Assembly (NCBI RefSeq): GCF_963921235.1 | Contig: NC_086097.1 | Coordinates: forward strand, 107,324,001 to 107,388,000 | Reading direction: 5' to 3' | Source: Mobula hypostoma | Lineage: Eukaryota | DNA length: 64,000 bases | Part shown: piece by piece, positions 25,958 through 38,096 of the stretch | How the letters are laid out: every line of letters starts with the position of its first letter | Numbering within the stretch: the first letter of the stretch is position 1 | Made by a program: the position numbers and the translations under genes | The notes under the pieces: model-generated | The model's database searches: none | What the model was told of the DNA's origin: nothing | What the model saw: the letters and a program-made list of their open reading frames with translations, nothing else

Positions 25958-26423
25958 GGGTTGGCACAACATTGTGGGCCGAAGGGCCTGTACTGTGCTA
26001 TACTATTCTATGTTCTATGTTCTATGTTCTATAAGGCGTGAAAGAATAGGACATATCAAGTGTGACAGTGGGAAAGTGTGTATGGAACCGGAGGAAATAG
26101 CAGAGTTACTTAATGAATACTTTACTTCAGCATTCACTATGGAAAAGGATCTTGGTGATTGTAGTGATGACGCAGCAGACTGAAAAGTTTGAGCATGCAG
26201 ATATTAAGAAAGAGGATATGCTGAAGCTTTTGGAAAGCATCAAGATGGATAAGTTGCTGGGACCGGATGAGCCTCTGGCGATGATCTTTGCATCATCAAT
26301 GGGGACGGGAGAGGTTCCGGATGATTGGAGGGTTGTGAATGTTGTTCCTTTATTCAAGAAAGGGAGTAGAGATAGCCCAGGAAATTATAGACCAGTGAGT
26401 CTTACCTCAGTGGTTGGTAAGTA

Positions 26424-26507
26424 ACCATATAACAATTACAGCACAGAAACAGGCCATCTCGGCCCTTCTAGTCCGTGCTGAACTCTTACTCTCACCTGGT
26501 CCCACCG
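26424..26507 (-). mobile_element. 84-bp CR1 3'-tail insertion
   Basis: Matches the 49310 element tail; flanked by aagta direct repeats (26419-26423, 26508-26512). Confidence 0.85.
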
Positions 26508-29214
26508 AAGTAGATGGAGAAGATCCTGAGAGGCAGGATTTATGAACATTTGGAGAGGCATAATATGATTAGGAGTAGTCAGCATGGCTTTGTCAAGGGC
26601 AGGTCGTGCCTTACGAGCCTGATTGAATTTTCTGAGGATGTGACTAAACACATCGACGAAGGAAGAGCAGTAGATGTTGTGTAAATGGATTTCAGCAAGG
26701 CATTTGACAGGGTACTCTATGCAAGGCTTATTGAGAAAGTAAGGAGGCATGGGATCCAAGGGGACATTGCTTTGTGGATCCAGAACTGGCTTGCCCACAG
26801 AAGGCAAAGAGTGGTTGTAGACGGGTCATATTCTGCATGGAGGTCGGTCACCAGTGGAGTGCCTCAGGGATCTGTTCTGGGACCCTTACTCTTCGTGATT
26901 TTTATAAATGACCTGGATGAGAAAGTGGAGGGATGGGTTAGTTTGCTGATGACACAATGGTTGGAGGTGTTGTGGATAATGTGGAGGGCTGACAGAGGCT
27001 ACAGCGGGACATTGATAGGATGCAAAATTGGGCTGAGAAGTGGCAGATGGAGTTCAACCCAGTTAAATGTGAAGTGGTTCATTTTGGTAGGTCAAATATG
27101 ATGGCAGAATATAGTATTAATGGTAAGACTTTTGGCAGTGTGGAGGATCAGATGGATCTTGAGGTCCGAGTCCATAAGACACTCAAAGTAGCTGCGCAGG
27201 TTGACTCTGTGGTTAAGAAGCCATATGGTGTATTGGCCTTCATCAATCATGGAATTGAATTTAGGAACCGGGAGGTAATGTTGCAGCTATATAGGACCCT
27301 GGTCAGACCACACTTGGAATCCTGTGTTCAGTTCTGATCGCCTCACTACAGGAAGGATGTGGAAACCATAGAAAGGGTGCAGAGGAGATTTACAAGGATG
27401 TTGCCTGGATTGGGGAGCATGCCTTATGAGAATAGGTTGAGTGAACTCGGCCTTTTCTCCTTGGAGCGACGGAGGATGAGAGGTGACCTGATAGAGGTTT
27501 ATAAGATGATGAGAGGCATTGATCATGTGGATAGTCAGAGGCTTTTTCCCAGGGCTGAAATGGTTGCCACAAGAGGACACAGGGTTAAGGTGCTGGGGAG
27601 TAGGTACAGAGGAAATGTCAGGGGTTAAGTTTTTTACTCAGAGTGGTGAGCACGTAGAATGGGCTGCCGGCAACAGTGGTGGGGGCGGATATGATAGGGT
27701 CTTTTAAGAGACTTTTAGATAGATACGTGGAGCTTACTAAAATAGAGGGCTATAGGTAAGCCTAGTAATTTCTATGATAGGGACGTGTTCGGCACAACTT
27801 TGGGGCCAAAGGGCCTGTATTGTGCTGTTATTTTTTTTTTAAAGAAAAAAAAAATGATTTTCTAAAGGGGAAATCTTGTCTGACAAATCTGTTGGAATTC
27901 TTTGAGGAAATAACAGGAAATCACAAGGGAGAGTCAGTGGATGTTGGATTTTCAGAAGCCCTTTGATAAGGTATCACACTTGAGGCTGCTAAACAGGGTA
28001 AGAGCCTATGGCATTACAGGGAAGAAACTGGTATGGATAGTAAAATCGGCTGACTGGCAGGAAGCAAAAAAATGGGAATAAATAGGTCCTTTTCTGGTTG
28101 TCTGTCTGTGACAGTCAACTGCAGAGGTGTAATTCAAAAGTTTCTGAAAGCTTGGGAATCCAGCAATCCTGGTTCCACGATTCCTGCTGTTCTCTACACA
28201 AGGAAGCCATGAAGTAGCCACTCCTATTTAATGGAGCACCCCTGACTTCCTACAAGCAACTAAGAGATTCTTTCTGGAATAATCTGGATGCTAGGACACA
28301 CGCTCTCTGCGGGAGCAATAGTGTTAAGCCAGGTGCATTGCTTGAACTTTCTGCAGAAAATATCAGATCTCTGTCAGTGCTGACTGAAGTCTTGCTTTGA
28401 GAAGTAAAGGTAGGGCACTGTTCAGAAGTCTCCTGGGGTGTATATCTTTGTCAGAGCCCTTCTTCACCAAATGCATGAACAGAAGCCTCTTTCTGTTTTT
28501 TGTGAGTTTTAAAGTTGTGATCTTGTTTTGCAATCAGTTCCACATTATTATCTATTGCGTACAAAGTATGCACTGTGTAACTGAATTCCTAGACAAAATA
28601 TCTTCATAGTGAATACCTACCTTTCATTTTAGCACAATCAATGAGGATTTGCAATTGTCTTTCAATCTTTTCATTTCTGATTTGCTTTACAATAAGAATA
28701 TTTTATTAATATTTTAATGACTTGAATATAAACATTAAAAATATTAGATTGTGTTAATTTCTGTTAAGAACCAGACTACTGAATTACCCCAAGAATGGTC
28801 ATGTTAAACTTGAGTAAGGTTTCAGAAATGCCACAATGTAAAACTGATTGACGTCTTTGATGATAGTTTTGGATTTTATACTTTGGCTCTCACTTGACCT
28901 TACCTTCTCCCTTATTTAAACACAGAGACAGAAAATCATTAGGAGATGAATGTAGAGATGAAAATCTTAGAATTCATCTGCAATCATAATGCAAATATGA
29001 CAATTAGGTCTGAAACACAATCCAACAAGAAACTTTACATTATATTTTATATATAGTATATAAAAGACTATCAAATGATTAAAAATTATCACAATTAATT
29101 GCAAGAATAAAAAAATTAATTATGAGATAACTGTAGTTTTATTCATGCCGTCAGACAATACCAGAATACCAATATTGTAGAATGATTCAAAGGAAAACTC
29201 TTTGTGCTTTAATC

Positions 29215-29480
29215 TTTGAGAGAGAGTGGGAGAAAGAAAGAGATTGATGATGGATAAAGAGAGGTAATGAGGAAGGAGGAATGCAAAGTGAGTGAGGAGA
29301 AAGAGAAGAGGAGAAAGGGAGTGAGATATTGTGAAAGAGGAAGAAAGAGGAAGATAAAGAGTGTGTGTAATGGAATGGGCAGGAGGGAATAGAAGTGGGA
29401 TGAAAAAGAAATGAAGAAAGGGAAAAGATAGAAGTAGAGGACAAGGCATGAAGGATTTGAGAAGAAATGGAAGTGAGGAT
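29215..29480 (+). repeat. GA-rich low-complexity tract
   Basis: Strong purine bias on + strand with no defined unit. Confidence 0.6.
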
Positions 29481-30021
29481 GAACCCTCCTCTCATTGTAA
29501 ATGATGTCTTGGTGAATCTCTTCTGCACTCTTCACATTGCTACCATGTTCTTCACGTGACCTAAACTGTTAATTATATTCCACGTGCTATCTAAATAATG
29601 TTGTGTGACATACCAACTACTATACTGTTTGCTTTGACTGGTGAAGGCAAGCACATCAATGTATTTTTCACTACTCTAACCAACTTTGTCCCTACATTTA
29701 GTGAGCTAAGGAATTATACTCCCAAAATCCCTCAATATTTCAATGCTGCCATTTGCTCTATATTTTCCTGCCAGAATTTGACTTCCTAATGTGTATTACC
29801 TCACCCTTGTCTGGATTAAATTTAAGATTATTATTACTGATCATCCAAAATTCAGTACCCTGTTCCTGCTTTCTCCCCATATCTCTTGAACTTATACCCT
29901 AAGAACTATATCTGTCTTGAATATAATTAGTGAATTGGCTTCTACTATCTTCTGTGGTAGAGAACTCTGCAGCCTCTTCACTCCCTGGATGAAGAAATTT
30001 CTCCTCATCTCAGACCTACAT
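29480..30021 (-). mobile_element. Old CR1 remnants (antisense RT C-terminus and 3' tail)
   Basis: gtgaatctcttctgcactct.., ctttctccccatatctcttga.., gaagaaatttctcctcatctcag; continues after 31277. Confidence 0.55.
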
Positions 30022-31276
30022 AGAATTTTTTGAGGATGTAACTAGTAGAGTGGATAGGGGAGAACCAGTGGATGTGGTATATTTGGATTTTCAAAAGGCT
30101 TTTGACAAGGTCCCACACAGGAGATTAGTGTGCAAACTTAAAGCACACGGTATTGGGGGTAAGGTATTGGTGTGGGTGGAGAATTGGTTAGCAGACAGGA
30201 AGCAAAGAGTGGGAATAAACGGGACCTTTTCAGAATGGCAGGCGGTGACTAGTGGGGTACCGCAAGGCTCAGTGCTGGGACCCCAGTTGTTTACAATATA
30301 TATTAATGACTTGGATGAGGGAATTAAATGCAGCATCTCCAAGTTTGCGGATGACACGAAGCTGGGTGGCAGTGTTAGCAGTGAGGAGGATGCTAAGAGG
30401 ATGCAGGGTGACTTGGATAGGTTGGGTGAGTGGGCAAACTCATGGCAGATGCAATTTAATGTGGATAAATGTGAAGTTATCCACTTTGGTGGCAAAAATA
30501 GGAAAACAGATTATTATCTGAATGGTGGCCGATTAGGAAAAGGGGAGGTGCAACGAGACCTGGGTGTCATTATACACCAGTCATTGAAAGTGGACATGCA
30601 GGTACAGCAGGCGGTGAAAAAGGCGAACGGTATGCTGGCATTTATAGCGAGAGGATTCGAGTACAGGAGCAGGGAGGTACTACTGCAGTTGTACAAGGCC
30701 TTGGTGAGACCACACCTGGAGTATTGTGTGCAGTTTTGGTCCCCTAATCTGAGGAAAGACATCTTTGCCATAGAGGGAGTACAAAGAAGGTTCACCAGAT
30801 TGATTCCTGGGATGGCAGGTCTTTCATATGAAGAAAGACTGGATGAACTGGGCTTGTACTCGTTGGAATTTAGAAGATTGAGGGGGGATCTGATTGAAAC
30901 GTATAAGATCCTAAAGGGATTGGACAGGCTAGATGCGGGAAGATTGTTCCCGATGTTGGGGAGGTCCAGAACGAGGGGTCACAGTTTGAGGATAGAGGGG
31001 AAGCCTTTTAGGACCGAGATTAGGAAAAACTTCTTCACACAGAGAGTGGTGAATCTGTGGAATTCTCTGCCACAGCAAACTGTTGAGGCCAGTTCATTAG
31101 CTATGTTTAAAAGGAAGTTAGATATGGCCCTTGTGGCTACAGGGGTCAGGGGGTATGGAGGGAAGGCTGGGTTCTGAGTTGGATGATCAGCCATGATCAT
31201 AATAAATGGCGGTGCAGGCTCGAAGGGCCGAATGGCCTACTCCTGCACCTATTTTCTATGTTTCTATGTTTCTATG
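30022..31276 (+). mobile_element. 5'-truncated young CR1 with uninterrupted RT C-terminal ORF (30050-31177)
   Basis: 375-aa ORF with YLDFQKAFDKV, QGSVLGP, KFADDTK; nearly identical to 16601-17863; tacat direct repeats at 30017-30021 and 31277-31281. Confidence 0.95.
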
Positions 31277-31396
31277 TACATGGCTTACCCCTTATATTTA
31301 GACAATGACTCCCCTGGCATCAGGAACAGCTTTCCTGAACCTAGGCAGCCCAGTGATGTCAGAGCGCTGCTTTTGTAAACCAGGGGCTGTGAGTGG

Positions 31397-31683
31397 GGTG
31401 GCATGGTAGTGTAATGGTTAGCACAACGCTTTACAGTACAGGCAACTCAGGTTCAGTTCCCACCGTGGCCTGTAAGTAGTTTGTACGTTCTCCCCGTGAC
31501 CATGTGGATTTCCTCTGAGTGCTCTGGTTTTCTTCCAGAGGCCAAAGATGTGCTGGTTTTTGGGTTAATTGGTCAATGTGATTGTCCCATGATTAGGTTG
31601 GGATTACGTTGGAGGATTGCTGGGCAGTGTGCCTCGAAGAGCTGGAAGGGCCTGTTCCATGCTGTATCTCAGTAAATAAATAA
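31397..31683 (+). mobile_element. V-SINE/HE1-like SINE, near complete
   Basis: A-box-like tggtagtgtaatggtt, B-box-like ggttcagttcc, V-domain-like gtttgtacgttctccccgtg..ggttaattgg, CR1-like tail gaagggcctgttccatgctgtatctc plus (aaat)n. Confidence 0.85.
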
Positions 31684-31696
31684 TGTATATTTTGCT

Positions 31697-34600
31697 CACA
31701 CATAACTGGTGAACGCAGCAGGCCAGGCAGCATCTATAGGAAGAGGTACAGTCAACGTTACGGGCAGAGACCGTTCGTCAGGACTAACTGAAAGAAGAGA
31801 TAGTAAGAGATTTGAAAGTGGGAGTGGGAGGGGGAGATCCAAAATGATAGGAGACGACAGGAGGGGGAAGGATGGAGCTAAGAGCTGGAAAGTTGATTGG
31901 CAAAAGAGATACGAGGCTGGAGAAGGGAGAGGATCATGGGACGAGAGACCTAGGGAGAAAGAAAAGGGGAGAGGGGAAGCCCAGAGGATGGGCAAGGAGT
32001 ATAGTGAGAGAGACAGAGGGAGAAAAAGGAGAGAGAAAAAAAATTAATGATAGAAACCATAGAAAAACTGCAGCACAGAATCAGGCCTTTTGGCCCTTCT
32101 TGGCTGTGCTGAACCATTTTCTGCCTAGTCTCACTGACCTGCACACGGACCATATCCCTCCATACACCTCCCATCCACGTATCTGTCCAATTTATTCTTA
32201 AATGTTAGAAAAGAACCCACATTTACCACCTCATCTGGCAGCTCATTCCACACTCCTACCACTCTCTGTGTGAAGAAGCCCCCGCCTAATGTTCCCTTTA
32301 AACTTTTCCCCCCTCACCCTTAACCCATGTCCTCTGTTTTTTTTCTCCCCTAGCCTCAGTGGAAAAAGCCTGCTTGCATTCACTCCATCTAAACCCATCA
32401 TAATTTTATATACCTCTACCAAATCTCCCCTCATTCTTCTACGCTCCAGGGAATAAAGTCCTAACCTATTCAACCTTTCTCCGTAACTGAGTTTCTCAAG
32501 TCCCAGCAACATCCTTGTAAACCTTCTCTGCACTCTTTCAACCGTATTAATATCCTTCCTGTAAATTGGTGACCAAAACTGAACACAATACTCGAGATTC
32601 GGCCTCACCAATTCCTTATACAACCTCATCATAACATTCCAACTCTTATACTCAGTACTTTGATTAATAAAAGCTAATGTAACAAAAGCTCTCTTTACGA
32701 CCCTATCTACCTGTGATGCCACTTTTAGGGAATTTTGTATCTGTATTCCCAGATCCCTCTGTTCCACAGCACTCCTCAGTGCCTTACCATTAACCCTGTA
32801 TGTTCTACCTTGGTTTGTCCTTCCAAAGTGCAATATCTCACGCTTGTCTGTATTAAACTCCATTTACCATTTTTCAGCCCATTTTTCCAGCGGTCCAAGT
32901 CCCTCTGCAAGCTTTGGAAACCTTCCTCACTGTCCACTACACCTCCAATGTTTGTATCATCAGCAAATTTGCTGATCCAATTTACCACATTATCATTCAG
33001 ATCATTGATATAGATGACAAATAACAATGGAGCCAGCACTGATCCCTGTGGCACACCACTAGTCACAGGCCTCCACTCTGAGAAGCAATTGTCTACTACC
33101 ACTCTTTGGCTTCTTCCACTGAGCCAATGCCTAATCCAATTTACCACCTCTCCATATATACCTAGCGACTGAATTTTCCTAACTAACCTCCCATGCGTAA
33201 CCTTGTCAAAGGCCTTACTGAAGTCCATGTAGACAACATCCACTGCCTTCCCTTCATCCACTTTCCTGGTAACCTCCTCGAAAAACTCCAATAGATTGGT
33301 CAAACATGACCTACCACGCACAAAGCCATGTTGACTCTCCCTAATAAGTCCCTGTCTATCCAAATGCTTGTAGATTCTGTCTCTTAGTACCCCCTCCAAT
33401 AACTTACCCACTACCGATGTCAAATTTACCGGCCTATAATTTCCCAGATTACTTTTCGATCCTTTTTTAAACAACGGAACAACATGAGCCATTCTCTAAT
33501 CCTCCGGCACCTCACCCGTAAACACCGACATTTTAAATATATCTGCCAGGGCCCCTGCAATTTCAACACTAGTCTCCTTCAAGGTCCGAGGGAATACCCT
33601 GTCAGGTCCTGGGGATTTCTCCACTTTAATTTGCCTCATGATAGCAAGGACCTCCTCCTTTTCAATCTGTACAGTTTCCATAATCTCACTACTTGTTTCC
33701 CTTAACTCCATAGACTTCACGCCAATTTCCCTAGTAAATACAGACGCAAAAAACCTATGTAAGATCTTCCCCATTTCTTTTGGTACCGCAGATAGCCGAC
33801 CACTCTGATCTTCAAGAGGACCAGTTTTATCCCTTACAATCCTTTTACTCTTAATATACCTGTAAAAGCTCTTTGAATTATCCTTCACTTTGACTGCACC
33901 TCATGTCTTCTTTTAGTCCTCCCGATTTCCTTCTTAAGTATTTTCTTGCACTTTTTATACTCCTCAAGCACCTTATTTACTCCCTGTTTCCTATACATGT
34001 CATACAACTCTCTCTTCTTCTTTATCAGAGTTGCAATATCCCTTGAGAACCAAGGTTCCTTATTCCTATTCACTTTGCCTTTTATCCTGACAGGAACATA
34101 CAAGCTCTGCGCTCTCAAAATTTCTCCTTTGAAGGCTTCCCACCTATCAATCACATCCTTGCCAGAGAACAACTTGTCCCAATCCACGCTTTTTAGGTCC
34201 TTTCTCATTTCTTCAAATTTGGCCTTCTTCCGGTTCAGAACCTCAGCCTTAGGACCAGATCTATCCTTGTCCATGATCAAGTTGAAACTAATGGTGTTAT
34301 GATCACTGGAACCAAAGTGCTCCCTTACACACACTTCTGTCACTTGTCCTAACTCGTTTCCTAACAGGAGAATAATAATAATAAATAAATAAATAACAGA
34401 TGGTGTACAAAGGGGAGGTGGGGCATTAACGGAAGTTAGAGAAGTCAATGTTCATGCCATCAGGTTGGAGGCTACCCAGACGGAATATAAGGTGTTGTTC
34501 CTCCAACCTGAGTGTGGCTTCATCTTGACAGTAGAGGAGGCCGTGGATAGACATATCAGAATGGGAATAGGATGTGGGATTAAAATGTGTGGCCACTGGA

Positions 34601-35250
34601 AGATCTTGCTTTCTCTGGTGGACAGAGTGTAGGTGTTCAGTGAAACAGTCTCCCAGCCTGCATCAGGTCTCGCCAATATATAGAAGGCTGCATTGGGAGC
34701 ACCGGACGCAGTATATCACCCCAGCCGACTCACAGGTGAAGTGTCAGGGCCCTGAATGGTGGTGAGGGAGGATGTGTAAGGGCATGTGTAGCACTTGTTC
34801 TGCTTACAAGGATAAGTGCCGAGGGGGAGATCGGTGGGAAGGGATGGGGGGGACTAATGGACAAGGGAGCTGCGTAGGGAGCGATCCCTGTGGAAAGCAG
34901 GAGGGGAGGGAAAGATGTGCTTGGTGGTGGGATCCCGTTGGAGGTGGCAGAAGTTACGGAGAATTATATGTTGGACCCGGAGGCTGGTGGGGTAGTAGAT
35001 AAGGACAAGAGGAGCCCTACTCCTAGTGGGGTGGCGGGAGGATGGGGTGAGAGCAGATGTGCGTGAAATGGGAGAGATGCGCTTGAGAGCAGAGTTGATG
35101 GTGGAGGAAGGGAAGACCCTTTCTTTAAAAAAGGAGACATCTCCTTCGTCTGTACCTCTTCCTATAGATGCTGCTTGGCCTGCTGCGTTCACCAGCAATT
35201 TTTATGTGTGTTGCTTGAAATTCCAGCAACTGCAGATTTCCTCATGTTTG
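31697..35250 (-). mobile_element. 5'-truncated Penelope-like element with inverted terminal-repeat fragment, interrupted by a CR1
   Basis: Terminal repeat 31697-32047; 34426-35148 encodes linker and GIY-YIG endonuclease (HFTCESAGVIYCVRCSQCSLLYIGET..LEEQHLIFRLGSLQPDGMNIDFSNFR*); 35150-35250 is an inverted copy of the terminal repeat. Confidence 0.88.
32050..34370 (-). mobile_element. 5'-truncated CR1 inserted into the PLE
   Basis: Minus-strand ORFs 33885-34448 (SDHN), 33496-33888, 32776-33492 (RT, KFADD), 32243-32863; tail tagaaaccatagaaa on +. Confidence 0.93.
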
Positions 35251-35519
35251 CATGTATATTTTGCTGATGTTTTGTGTAAGACCCATCCTCTTGCATGCAT
35301 TAGTGAATTAGAGGGTGATTTGAAGATTGGATTCTGACCGGGCAATGCAGAGTAAACAGTGCCCCATTCATTTTTCATTTCACTGCACTCCATCAGGAAG
35401 CTTGTTGGACTGAAGTGTAATATTACTACAGGAATGATTTAGGAAGGTGCTGGGGAAAAGACGCAGCCTGTCTGACATCAGTCTGAACAGAGACTGGGTC
35501 TGCTATGGACCCATGGGTT

Positions 35520-35790
35520 CGGGTATGGTTTATACGTTGTTGTGTAGCTGACATTCTGGTTCCATGATAAGATAAACCAAAGGGTCATGAGGCACAGAGC
35601 ATGTATGTCTGCTGCACCTCACGGGGTAGTCACTGCAAAGCCATATTACATGATTCTTGGTGACAAAGCCCATTCCATGATGGTAGTGTTCCTCTTACAG
35701 TTTACCCTTCTAGAAGATGGTGAAGTCACTACCTTGATCTTTGAAACGGTCATCTCCTGCTGGTTTGTCACATTCAGAGCACTTGTTCTG
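35520..35790 (-). mobile_element. Ancient RTE-clade AP-endonuclease remnant
   Basis: Minus strand gives AGDDRFKDQGSDFTIF*KGKL*EEHYHHGMGFVTKN..LMTLWFILSWNQN, resembling RTE EQGxGYTFFWKG..HGVGFAIKN..RLMTLRLPL. Confidence 0.5.
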
Positions 35791-36142
35791 CCCTTCAGAT
35801 GATCAATTTATATTTTTACTATGTGATTAAGCACATTCAGTTTTTATTTTGAAAGGAGCAGCTTCAGATCTGCATTAGGTCATTTCCTGTGCATGTTTGT
35901 GGAAATATTAAGCACATTGGCTGCAAGAAGGCCAGAGGTTTATGTCAGGAGCAAAAGAAGTTTCTATCTAAAGCATTCCAGTTGTTCCCCCAGCAGAAGC
36001 ATTGCTTGTAAGTTGATGTTATATTGTTTAGAAGTTAATCTAAAGGTATCAAAGAGATTTTGTTGATATAGAATGCTATTTTTGAGTTTATTAGACACTA
36101 ACCTAGGTGCTAATAGTTTACAGGTACTATTTACCTGTAGTA

Positions 36143-36249
36143 GCCGAAACGTTGACCGATCTTTTCCACGGATGCTGCCCGACCTGCTGAGTTCCTCCAG
36201 CGTGTTGTGAGTGTTGCTCTGACCCCAGCATCTGCAGATTATTTTATGC
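36143..36249 (+). mobile_element. 107-bp PLE terminal-repeat insertion with 12-bp TSD
   Basis: gccgaaacgttgac..gatgctgcccgacctgctgagttcctccagc..cagcatctgcag, flanked by ttacctgtagta (36131-36142, 36250-36261). Confidence 0.75.
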
Positions 36250-36872
36250 TTACCTGTAGTATTTACTTGTCGGAATCTTATAGTATTTACCTGCACGAAG
36301 GTTAACTAAGTTCTTACCTACCTATGTAGATTTACTTGTGTGAATGGAATGATGTGGTAATTGCATTATACTTTGTTGTTTTCAGTTTCACTCCTTACTC
36401 ACTGTGTCATGCCATCGAGTCTGCAATAAACCCAAGGAGCTCGGAGCCTACACCCTGACTCTCATGTCATTCTTGAATAGAGTTTGGCTCACTGTCTAGT
36501 TGACGTTACAACACCTCAGCAAGGGCAGTATAACACTGATAGCACTGTAGAAATTTTTCAGTTCCCCAGTATGACAGCAGAGCAATGTTTAAGTCTGTCA
36601 TTGCTAAGATTGTTCATGAATGTCCTGATATTTGATATCTGAACTTTACATCGAGTAATAGAAGTTCCCTTTCTGTGACTTCTTTTCATGTAGGATACCC
36701 ATTGTACACCAGCTACAGCACAAGTGTGACAGACCAGACACGCAGCTTTTATATTGAAATGAGCAGTTTCAGATCATTTCCTGGGCAGTCAGGAAATATT
36801 AAGTAGGAAAGTACATTGGCTGGTAGAAGGCCAGAGGTTTATGTCAGGCACAAAAGAAGGCAAAAGAAGACA

Positions 36873-36935
36873 AACACACACACGCACAAAACACACATGC
36901 ACACACACACACACACACACAAATACATACATACA
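36873..36935. repeat. Imperfect (CA)n/(TACA)n microsatellite
   Basis: Directly visible. Confidence 0.85.
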
Positions 36936-38050
36936 TGCAAGTAATTTTTGGGCACAAATACCTTTGCCTTCTCCCTTCTCATCCATTCTCCTGGCCATCC
37001 ACGTGCCTTTGGCCCCTAATTTTGATCTCTTTTATTTTTCTGAATCTGTTCTCTTTCAATGTAACTTCAGCCCTAACTTTCTTCTCCCCTTCTTTAGATC
37101 TAATTCTTACTCTTCATGCACAGACACACACATACTGGGGTAGATACAAAAAACACGTGATCTTGTCTATACCCGTTTTCTTGCCCCTTATCTTTCACAT
37201 CTCCTTTCATTGGGATCCTCTCCCTCCTCAATCCCACTTCCCAACAGTTTCTTCTCCCTCGCCCTTTCCTCAGGACCCCTTGCTCTCAGCTCCCTCCTCC
37301 TACCCTTTCTCTCTAGCCCCTTCTACCTTTTGATTCTCCTCCATCTTCCCACTTGCACCTCAGCTTCCCCTCACTGTGTCGTGCTGGCTGTTCACCTTTG
37401 CCAGAGTGAGTCCCGGTGCTCTATGGAGAGGTTGGTGGGTTCTTCTGGCCCATGATTTCCAGGTAGATGGAAATGGATTCATCCTACAGGAGCAGGACTA
37501 ATTCATTCAGTCACCAACAAGGACCTTCTATACAAATTTCACACAACAGTGGTTGGTGAGGCTGGTCTGTTAGCAATGTGGCTCACAGGACAGTTATGAG
37601 TAGTGTTTATTAAATAGATACAAATAAATGACCAATCTATGACTGATTTAATTTGTGATATGGCCTGTACTGAACAACATCCAACTCAGTATTCTCACTT
37701 AGATAACGATGATCCTTTAGAGCCCAGTGGTGTGTAAATACTGTGGCACACAAAAGTTTGGGCACCCCTGGTCAAAATTTCTGTTACTGTGAATAGTTAA
37801 GTGAGTAGAAGATGAACTGATCTCTAAAAGTCATAAAATTAAAGATGAAACATTTCTTTTCAACATTTTAAGCAGTGTATTTTTGTTTTGTACAATTTTA
37901 GAGTGAAAAAAAGGAAAGGAGCACCATGCAAAAGTTTGGGCACCCCAAAAGATTTGAGCTCTCAGATAACTTTTACCAAGGTCTCAGAACTTAATTGGCT
38001 TGTTGACAGTCATTGTTAGGAAAGGCCAAGTGATGCAAGTTTCAAAGCTT

Positions 38051-38058
38051 TATAAATA
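38051..38058 (+). promoter_or_regulatory. TATA-like box upstream of Tc1 transposase
   Basis: tataaata 46 nt upstream of the ancestral start codon. Confidence 0.4.
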
Positions 38059-38096
38059 CCCTGACTCCTCAAACGTTGTCCCAACGATCAGCAGCC

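Larger units (their letters stand above)
22023..26030 (+). mobile_element. Full-length CR1 LINE (5'UTR, ORF1, ORF2, (ttctatg)n tail), disabled
   Basis: Bounded by ataag direct repeats (22018-22022, 26031-26035); contains both ORFs. Confidence 0.93.
21539..27830 (+). mobile_element. Second-level 5'-truncated CR1 (pieces 21539-22022 and 26031-27830)
   Basis: Colinear with the uninterrupted copy at 62900-64000 (..KAFYKYVKSKRI|RRERIG..); RT motifs [28 protein letters not shown]; 3' tail at about 27800. Confidence 0.9.
20680..28112 (+). mobile_element. Outermost degenerate CR1 of the nest (pieces at about 20680-20770, 21022-21538 and 27855-28112)
   Basis: APE piece (GITESWL), then linker/RT ending ..KIGKISI(QH-like) at 21538, resuming at LKGKSCLTNLLEFFEEIT at about 27860. 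Confidence 0.7.

Noticed and set aside
28120..28500. Possible host exon in unique sequence
   Set aside because: All three minus-strand frames hit stops; no recognisable protein or convincing splice pair on either strand.
29120..29535. Overlapping Phe/Leu/Ser-rich ORFs (also 36841-37455)
   Set aside because: Low-complexity purine or pyrimidine tracts lacking stops.
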